From the NCBI GenBank assembly GCA_051439505.1, contig JBFRWI010000163.1, positions 1 through 15,530 of the forward strand: a stretch of 15,530 nt of DNA, in the 5' to 3' direction. The notes under the pieces are model-generated. The model made no database searches, was not told the origin of the DNA, and saw nothing but the letters and a program-made list of their open reading frames with translations. Shown piece after piece: positions 7,247 through 14,900 of the stretch. A program made the position numbers and the translations under genes. The stretch is from Hormoscilla sp. (GTDB taxonomy: Bacteria > Cyanobacteriota > Cyanobacteriia > Cyanobacteriales > Desertifilaceae). The number at the start of each line of letters is the position of its first letter. The stretch's first letter is position 1.

Positions 7247-8935
7247 ATGGATTTTTTATTAGTCAGCAGCCGTTTGAATGGGCAAGTCCTGCGCTACGAC
7301 GGGATAACAGGAGAATTTGTCGATGTATTAGTAACCGCTGGCAGCGGCGGCCTAGAGGATCCCTTGGGCATCACATTGGGACCCGATCGCGATCTCTATG
7401 TCAGCAGCGGCATCTTAAATGACTCGGTCCTGCGCTACGACACGCAAACAGGCGCATTTATCGATACCTTCGCCGTAGGCCCAATATTAGATAATCCCAG
7501 TAGCGTAGTATTTGGCCCCGATGATAACCTCTACGCGATCAGCGAGGGTACGAACTCGGTGCTGCGCTACGAAAGCACGGGACTGCTGGTCGAAGAAACA
7601 GAATTCGTGGCCCCAGGTAGTGGCGGGCTGAATAATCCTTTCGATCTAACCTTCGGTCCCGATGGTGACCTCTATGTCAGTAGCTCAGGTACAAGCCAGG
7701 TGCTGCGCTACGACGGGGAAACAGGAGAATTTCTGGGGGTTTTCGCCTCGGGTGGAGGGCTGCAATTTCCTACAGGCATAACCTTCGGTCCCAATGGCAA
7801 CCTCTATGTCAGCAGCTTGTTCACGGACCAAGTGTTGCGCTACAACGGCTTCACGGGAAACTTTATTGGTGAATTTATCGACCCTGGTAGCGATGCTCTG
7901 GATGGTCCCTTCGATCTAGTCTTTGGTGAAGATAACAACCTCTATGTCACCAGCGGAGGCACGAACGAGGTCCTGCGTTACAATGGCATAACGGGAAATT
8001 TGATTGATGTTTTTGCCTCGGGTGAGGAACTAGATGGTCCGATCGCTTTAGTGTTTGCGGAGGCCATGGCAGCACCCTCAGATATAGATGAGGTAATTAT
8101 TCAACCAGCAAATGACAGGATTGAAGTATTAGTAGGTAACCCAGTCGTTTTTGATGTCAATTATTCGACCAACCCTGAGAGCCTTGCTTCCACAGGATTG
8201 GGGTTGCGGATGCATTGGGACTCAAGTCAGATATCCCTGATAGCTGAAGGACTGACCAACACCTTAACTGAGGGGGAGCAACCTACAGGCACGCCCCAGC
8301 CAGATACCCAGAATTTGGATGGCGATCCGAATACGGACTTTTACATTGTCAAAGCTTGGGCAGATGCAGGGGGGAACTGGCCGCAAGAAGAACCGGGGGC
8401 GTCAGAAAGACTGTTTACGGCTAACTTGATCACCCGAAATACTTTGACGGAGACAAGCATCAACTTTACAAGCTCATCAATAGTTGATGGTGTTGACTTC
8501 GTGGCGTCATCAGTAACATTGTTAGAGTCTCAGACTGATGCTAATCTAGACATAGATGGAAACGGGAGCGTAAATGCCTTAACTGACGGCATGTTGGTTT
8601 TGCGTTATCTATTGGGATTCAGAGGTGATACTCTCACTGGCACTGCTGTGGGCAGGGTGGCCGAACGCAGCACTTCCGCTGAAATTACGAACTACTTGGA
8701 TCCACAGCGGAACGCGATGCTGGATGTGGATGCCGATGGGATCGCAGATGCCCTGACAGACGGTATTTTAATCTTGCGTTACATGTTTGGCCTGAGAGGG
8801 GAGCCTCTGATTGAAGGGGCTGTAGGCGCAAATGCTACCCGGGTAAATGCGGTGGAGATAGAATCATTTCTGGATTCCTTTGACTTGTCAGCAACACCCT
8901 TCGCACAAAGTTTTGGCGCCGAACAGGTCTTTTAA
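7247..8935 (+). CDS. Acidic protein: six-repeat NHL/Vgb-like beta-propeller + C-terminal cohesin-like and duplicated dockerin-like module
   Basis: 562 aa. Six repeats of P.GITFGPDG.LYVSS.....VLRYDG.TG (7247 to about 8057). GLGLRMHWDSSQI domain (about 8080-8540). Two D-x-D-x-(N/D)-G...ALTDG.L.LRY..G motifs (from 8543 and 8720). GAGG RBS at 7235; an in-frame stop at 7211 excludes an N-terminal extension. Confidence 0.85.
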   Translation: MDFLLVSSRLNGQVLRYDGITGEFVDVLVTAGSGGLEDPLGITLGPDRDLYVSSGILNDSVLRYDTQTGAFIDTFAVGPILDNPSSVVFGPDDNLYAISEGTNSVLRYESTGLLVEETEFVAPGSGGLNNPFDLTFGPDGDLYVSSSGTSQVLRYDGETGEFLGVFASGGGLQFPTGITFGPNGNLYVSSLFTDQVLRYNGFTGNFIGEFIDPGSDALDGPFDLVFGEDNNLYVTSGGTNEVLRYNGITGNLIDVFASGEELDGPIALVFAEAMAAPSDIDEVIIQPANDRIEVLVGNPVVFDVNYSTNPESLASTGLGLRMHWDSSQISLIAEGLTNTLTEGEQPTGTPQPDTQNLDGDPNTDFYIVKAWADAGGNWPQEEPGASERLFTANLITRNTLTETSINFTSSSIVDGVDFVASSVTLLESQTDANLDIDGNGSVNALTDGMLVLRYLLGFRGDTLTGTAVGRVAERSTSAEITNYLDPQRNAMLDVDADGIADALTDGILILRYMFGLRGEPLIEGAVGANATRVNAVEIESFLDSFDLSATPFAQSFGAEQVF

Positions 8936-8995
8936 TAGATGATGGATTAGCATAGAGAACAAAATACACCAGCAGGCTAATCGGGAGAAACGCAC

Positions 8996-11659
8996 ATGCT
9001 GCAAACAGAACTGTTACTCAGAAGTCGGTTGTCAGTGGGCGATCGGCCCTATTCGGTGGTAGTCGGGAACTTTAATGGCGATGGCATTTTGGATTTGGCG
9101 GTAGCCAACTTATTATCAGACAATGTCTCGGTGCTATTGGGCCAAGGAACCGAAACTGGCAATGTCAGGGTAAATTTTAACCCGGCGATCGATGTGGCGG
9201 TAGGGGATGGTCCTCGTTACATCGCAGCGGGAGACTTCAATGGAGATGCATTTACCGACTTGGCAGTGGCAAACTTCTTCTCCGATAACGTCTCGGTGCT
9301 ATTGGGGAATGGGACCGGAAACTTGGGAGGAAATCTCACTAATATAGATGTGGGAGATGGACCGGGCGCGATCGCCGTAACGGACATCAATGGCGACGGA
9401 TTTCAAGACTTGGCAGTAGCCAACAAATTATCTAGTAGCATCACGTTGCTATTGGGAAATGGTCGAGGAAACTTTAACAATTCTACTACTGAGGAAATAG
9501 AGGGGGCTCCAGTTGATATAGCAACGGGAGATTTCAACGGCGATGGATTTGAAGACTTGGTAGTAGCCGAGTATTCAGATAATGTATCAGTGCTATTGGG
9601 GGATGGTCAAGGAGACTTTAATATAATTCCCGATCTAGAAGTGGGCAATCTCCCCAGTGACGTGGAAGTGGGAGACTTCGATGAAGATGGGGCCCTGGAC
9701 TTGGTAGTAGCAAACAGTGGTTCTAACAATGTCTCGGTCCTGCTTGGGGATGGCATAGGAAACTTTAGTGATGCCACTAACTTTTTGACGGGAAATAGGG
9801 TTCAATCAGTTGTAGTAGCAGACTTAAACAGAGATAGCGACCTGGACTTGCTAGTAGCGAACAGCGGTTCAAATAACCTGTCAGTCCTAGAGGGCGATGG
9901 GACAGGTACTTTTGGGGTCCGGCGCAACTTTGCAGTCGGAGGGAGTTTTCCCATTGACATAGCATTGGGGAGCATTAACGACGATAGTTTTCTAGATGTG
10001 GTGGTGGCCAACAGTGGCATTAACAATGTCTCCGTGCTGCTGAATGCGACAGAAATTGACTTTGATACTCCCCCGTCGGTAGAATTTGCCGCAGCTAACT
10101 ACCGAGTAAACGAAGATGGTACAGTAGTGGGAGCTGAGATCGTTATTGACCGCAGCGGCAACTTCACCGCTGAATCAACTATACAGGTGCAGTTGGTTGG
10201 GGACACGGCTATAGGTGGAACTAGCGATGAGTTTGACTCGGAAGAGGCGGGAATAGATTTCGACGAGAGCCCTATTACAGTACTATTTGCTGCCAATCAA
10301 ATCACGGCCACGGTGAATGTTCCCATCAACGACGATCGCAGTGTAGAAGAAGAAGAAGAGACTCTGACCCTAGAGTTGATCAATCCTAATGCCGGGACAA
10401 ACGTGGGGGAACAGAATACAACAATCCTCACTATTGTTGACAACGATCCACCTTTTGTCGAATTTGCCGAAACTGAATACCAGGTAAGCGAAGATGGCAC
10501 GCTACTGTCAGCGGCGATCGTCATTAACCGCGAAGGTGGCTTGAGCGGCTCGTCAGTTGTGCAGGTGCAGTTGATTGACGGGACGGCTATAGGCGGAACT
10601 GAAGATCAGTTTAACTCGGGAGTAGATTTCGACAACAGCTTTATTCCCGTAGTATTTCTTCCAGATCAAACCACTGCCGAGGTGACAGTTCCGATCAACG
10701 ACGATGAGCGCATAGAAGACTCTGAGACTCTGAGACTGGAGTTGTTCGATACCAGTAGCGATATAGTTATCGGGGAGCAGAATACAGCTACTCTCGTTAT
10801 TGTTGACAACGAACCACCCCCGATCGAGGCGCAACAGGTACAGGCAGAATCGAGTGAAGTGAGAGTATTACCAAACAACATAGTCAACTTTGACGTAACT
10901 TACTCGACTCTTCCAGACAATATCCCTAGCAGGGGATTAGGGTTGCGCATGCACTGGGACTCAACTCAGATATCCTTTACTGGTCTCACCAACATTCTCG
11001 ACTCAGGGACGGCACAACCAACGGGAACGCCCCAGCTAGATGTTAACGATTTGGATAGCGATCCGAATACAGATTCTTTCATTGTCAAAGCTTGGAGTGA
11101 CATTAGCAAAAATTGGCCAGAAGCATTTTTCCCGCTCCCAGTAGACCTGTTTACAGCCAATTTTGTCACAAACTTAAATTTTGACAGTACAAGAGTCAAC
11201 TTCACTGCTACATCTGTAGCTGAAGGTGCCGACTTTATGCCAACATCAGTGCAGTTGTTACCAACCGCATCGAATTTGGACATAGACGGCAATGGGCAAA
11301 CAGATGCGTTAACAGATGGTATATTGGCTCTAGGTTATCTATTGGGATTTAGGGGTGACGATCTGATCGGGGATGATGTAGGAGGTGCTGTAGGAGTGGG
11401 TGCTACCCGTAGCACTGCCGAGGCAATTACTAACTATTTGGATCTAGAGCGGAATGGTATACTGGATGTGGATGGTAATGGCGTGGCAGACGCCCTGACA
11501 GACGGATCTTTGATCTTGCGTTATCTGTTTGGTTTGAGCGGTGACCCTTTAATTAGCGGTGTTGTGGCCCCGGATGCCACTCGTTTTACGCCTGAGGCAA
11601 TTGAAGATCATCTAGGCCCTCTCGTTCTGCCAGGATCGACTCCCCTTTCCCTCTTGTAA
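8996..11659 (+). CDS. Acidic protein: 7 FG-GAP/VCBS repeats + 2 Calx-beta domains + cohesin-like and duplicated dockerin-like module
   Basis: 887 aa. Seven GDFNGDG..DLAVAN...NVSVLLG.G.G repeats (about 9035-10045). Two VEFA...Y.V.EDG...V.VPINDD...E..E.L.LEL...IVDN(D/E) Calx-beta units (about 10070-10447 and 10448-10813). The C-terminal ~280 aa are clearly paralogous to those of 7247-8935. Confidence 0.9.
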   Translation: MLQTELLLRSRLSVGDRPYSVVVGNFNGDGILDLAVANLLSDNVSVLLGQGTETGNVRVNFNPAIDVAVGDGPRYIAAGDFNGDAFTDLAVANFFSDNVSVLLGNGTGNLGGNLTNIDVGDGPGAIAVTDINGDGFQDLAVANKLSSSITLLLGNGRGNFNNSTTEEIEGAPVDIATGDFNGDGFEDLVVAEYSDNVSVLLGDGQGDFNIIPDLEVGNLPSDVEVGDFDEDGALDLVVANSGSNNVSVLLGDGIGNFSDATNFLTGNRVQSVVVADLNRDSDLDLLVANSGSNNLSVLEGDGTGTFGVRRNFAVGGSFPIDIALGSINDDSFLDVVVANSGINNVSVLLNATEIDFDTPPSVEFAAANYRVNEDGTVVGAEIVIDRSGNFTAESTIQVQLVGDTAIGGTSDEFDSEEAGIDFDESPITVLFAANQITATVNVPINDDRSVEEEEETLTLELINPNAGTNVGEQNTTILTIVDNDPPFVEFAETEYQVSEDGTLLSAAIVINREGGLSGSSVVQVQLIDGTAIGGTEDQFNSGVDFDNSFIPVVFLPDQTTAEVTVPINDDERIEDSETLRLELFDTSSDIVIGEQNTATLVIVDNEPPPIEAQQVQAESSEVRVLPNNIVNFDVTYSTLPDNIPSRGLGLRMHWDSTQISFTGLTNILDSGTAQPTGTPQLDVNDLDSDPNTDSFIVKAWSDISKNWPEAFFPLPVDLFTANFVTNLNFDSTRVNFTATSVAEGADFMPTSVQLLPTASNLDIDGNGQTDALTDGILALGYLLGFRGDDLIGDDVGGAVGVGATRSTAEAITNYLDLERNGILDVDGNGVADALTDGSLILRYLFGLSGDPLISGVVAPDATRFTPEAIEDHLGPLVLPGSTPLSLL

Positions 11660-11670
11660 ATTGGTAATTT

Positions 11671-11728
11671 GTAGGGTGGGCCGCACCCACTGTCATCTGT
11701 AGTGGGCCGCACCCACTGTCATCTGTAG
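11671..11728 (+). repeat. REP-like palindrome with a perfect 26-bp tandem duplication
   Basis: GTGGGCCGCACCCACTGTCATCTGTA occurs at 11676-11701 and 11702-11727, preceded by GTAGG. Each unit contains a GTGGG-ccgca-CCCAC hairpin. Confidence 0.9.
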
Positions 11729-11847
11729 GTGTAGCCAACCCGATGTGATATGATGGGCGATCGGTCCCAGGAGGGAAACTCGAAGAGTTGAAAAAAATTA
11801 TCACGGGCCACCTGCGGGCAAAGGCAACCCAGACTATAATCAGACCT

Positions 11848-11933
11848 GTAGGGTGGGCGGTGCCCACCATCTGGGTGTGGCCTGGCACCAGTTGCTAAAA
11901 ATACCACACCCAGGAAAGGTGGGCAGTACCCAC
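11848..11933 (+). repeat. Composite repeat: REP palindrome, 43-bp inverted-repeat element, degenerate REP palindrome
   Basis: GTAG-GGTGGGC-ggt-GCCCACC (11848-11868); CTGGGTGTGG (11871-11880) with its complement CCACACCCAG (11904-11913); GGTGGGC-agt-ACCCAC (11918-11933). Confidence 0.8.
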
Positions 11934-11985
11934 GCGACAAATGCAACGACAAACGATCCGCATCCAGAGTAGAGAGGTAAAGCAG

Positions 11986-14900
11986 ATGGAAGAGCAAGAG
12001 TATTCGGCATTACAGTCGGGAGATGTCGATGTGACAATACCTATAAGTATTATACAAAATGAAGGACAGGTAGAGGATCCAACGGTAAAATTCCTGGTCA
12101 AGACGGAAAGTAGCAACATCTACTTGTCCCCAGATGAGATAGTATTCAGCACATTAAAGGAAATAGGCGGAAAAACGGTAAACGATGTCATCACAAGCAA
12201 TTTACTGAACTCAAACCAGAATCCGCGAATGACAGGGTTGGACCAGCAGCAGGGGACAGTGAGTTTCTTTTCAGGTTCTGACCCCACTAACTGGTACAGG
12301 GGAGTGCCGACGTTTAATAGGGTGTTGTACCAGGAAGTCTACCGGAACATTGATCGCATTATAAGTGAAACAGAAGGTAACATGAAGGGTGATTTTATCG
12401 TTCACCCAGGGGGAAATTACCAGGATATCCGGATAGACTACGATGGTGCCAGGAGAGTGCGGGTCCGCAAAGATGGGACCCTGGTAGTCAGGACTCCCTG
12501 GGGTAGATGGACGGAATCTGCTCCCGTAGCTTACCAGGAAATAGAGGGCGATCGCATCCCAGTAGAGGTGGAGTATATTCTGTTTGATGCAGAGGGAAAG
12601 CAAATCCGTTTTCAGAGAAGGGGTTCCCGGGATGCCGTGGTAGGTTTCCAAGTGGGGGCTTATGACCCCAACTACGTCCTAGAAATTGACCCGATATTGG
12701 AATACTCAACCTATTTGGGCGGCAGCGATGTGTTCGCCACTACGACAGAAACCTTTATCGATCTAGAGACGGTAATTGTTACAGAGACTCAGGTCGAAAT
12801 AGATCAAGAGACTGGGCAAGTGATTGAAACGACGATCACGACAGAGGAGGAACGACAAATTCAAGGTCGCGACTTCACCGATACGTTCGAGCTGTTCTCC
12901 TCACCGGGCAATGACGCGGGCTACGCGATCGCGGTAGACAGTACTGGAGCAGTCTACATCACGGGGGAAACCACTGCAACAAACTTTCCCAGCACTAGCG
13001 CCATTGTCACTAACCCACCAATAGATCCGGGAACAGGCAATTTACCTGATTTCAGAGACGCATTTGTGACCAAGCTAGACGCTAATGGTGACTTGGTCTA
13101 CTCTGCCTATATAAGTGGGGGAGACAGGGACAGGGCTAATGGCATCGCTGTGGACAGCGCTGGTTCTGCTTATATCGTGGGAGAAACGGAGTCAACCGAT
13201 TTCCCAGTTATTTCCAGAATAGACGAGCCCTTCCAGGAGTTCGCTGGGGGTTCCCAAGACGCCTTTGTTGCCAAGCTCAACCCCACGGGCACTCAGTTTG
13301 ATTACGCCTCATACTTGGGGGGAGTCGGTCGAGAAAGAGGCATTGGCATCTTCGTGAATAGCAATGAATTTGCCTACGTCACGGGACAAACTAATTCACA
13401 GGGTTTAGGCACTGATGGAGCATTCCAGAGTAACTTTCAAGGGGGCAGTGATGCCTTCATCGCCAAGGTAAATCCCGAAGGTTCCGGACTGGAATACTTC
13501 ACTTACATCGGGGGTAGCGAATTTGATGAAGGGGTGGGGATAGCCGAAGACGACAATGGAGAAGTTTACATTTCCGGGACGACGGAGTCAAGCGGCCTAG
13601 CCACCCTAGAGCCCACTGAAGCATTCCAGACCGATCTGTTGGGAAGAAGGGACGCTTTTGTCACTAAGCTGAATGCCGATGGTAGCGAACAAGTATACTT
13701 CACCTACATAGGTGGTGGCGGCGGCGAAGTGTCCGGTGGCCTAGTGGTAGACAATAATGGAGCCGCCTACATCACGGGAATAACCCCGTCACCTGACTTC
13801 CCCACCACCCCAGGATCATTTCAAGAGTTCTACCAAGGAGGTCCATTCGACGCCTACCTTACTAAGGTCGATCCCTCAGGTGCGGCTCTGGAATACTCTA
13901 CCTTTATAGGTGGCAGCGGCAATGAGGGGATTAATTTTCTGCCCCAGACTGCTGCTAACATAGCGGTCGATCGATCGGGCACGGTCCACATCATTGGCAC
14001 TACCACTTCCACGGAAAACAGTAGCAACCCCTTCCCGATCACCACGGAAACAGCAGCGCAGCCTACCTTCGGCGGCGGCATAACAGACGCCTTCATCATC
14101 AGGCTCAACCCCGACGCCAACACAGAGAATAATGAGGAAGATTTAATTTATGCTTCTTACTGGGGAGGGGGTGGTAACGACGAAGGTTACGGTATTACCT
14201 TAGATGAGACAGGAGCAGCTTACATCACGGGGATGACCCTTTCAACTGCCAGCGAATCTTTTCCTACCACAGCCGAGGCTTACCAGTCTAGCGACCCCAG
14301 CCCTCAAGTAGGTCCGATAATAGTTGAAGACAACCCACAAGCAGGAGTAATTTTTGAAGAGTTTCGTGTGACAGTCCCTAACCGAGAGGACGCCTTCGTA
14401 AGTAAGTTTGCTTTTGAGGGAGTGGTAATAACTGAGTTTGGCGGCAGTGTGGAAATCAGTGAAGACGGTGCCACAGATATCTACAGCCTGGAACTTGCTA
14501 TCCAACCGACAGATTCTGTCAGGATCGATATTGCACCAGACGACCAATCGACCATTAATGTTATATCGACAGGATCTCCCGACCATGTTATCTTTACACA
14601 GGCTGACTGGGATAGACCTCAACGGATAGAGGTGACATCTGTAGACGACACGGTGTTGGAAGGTCCCCATGAAAGCACAATTACTCACAGTATTAGTAGC
14701 GCCGACCCCAATTACAGCATAATTCCTGTGGGAGATGTAGTTGCTAGCGTCGGCGACAATGAGTTTGAAATCCAAGTCGCTCCCACAACGGGATTAAGGA
14801 CTAGCGAAGGAGGTGAATCTGACGAATTTACAGTGGTTCTGGGCAACGTTCCCACCAGTGAAATAGTGACTATTCCCATAAGTAGTTTGGATCCAGAAGA

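Larger units (their letters stand above)
2996..12932. other. HIP1 octamers (GCGATCGC), a cyanobacterial genome signature
   Basis: Perfect copies seen at 2996, 3542, 4169, 4769, 5027, 5209, 6515, 6776, 9368, 12548 and 12925, plus many CGATCG cores. Counted by eye. Confidence 0.85.

Noticed and set aside
7247..8057. Virginiamycin B lyase (antibiotic resistance) assignment
   Set aside because: Only the generic propeller repeat resembles Vgb. The repeats contain no His for catalysis, and the context points to a structural or binding role.
8080..11659. Diversity-generating retroelement TR/VR pair
   Set aside because: The two similar regions are both coding, differ at all base types and by indels rather than only at adenines, and no reverse transcriptase is present.
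11586..12119. Minus-strand ORFs across the intergenic region
   Set aside because: They are translations of REP repeats (VGTAHPT/VGAAHPT motifs) and overlap neighbouring genes.
12727..12906. Intein or mobile intron as the source of the in-frame insertion
   Set aside because: It has no N-terminal Cys/Ser block or C-terminal His-Asn, is too short, and shows no terminal repeats.
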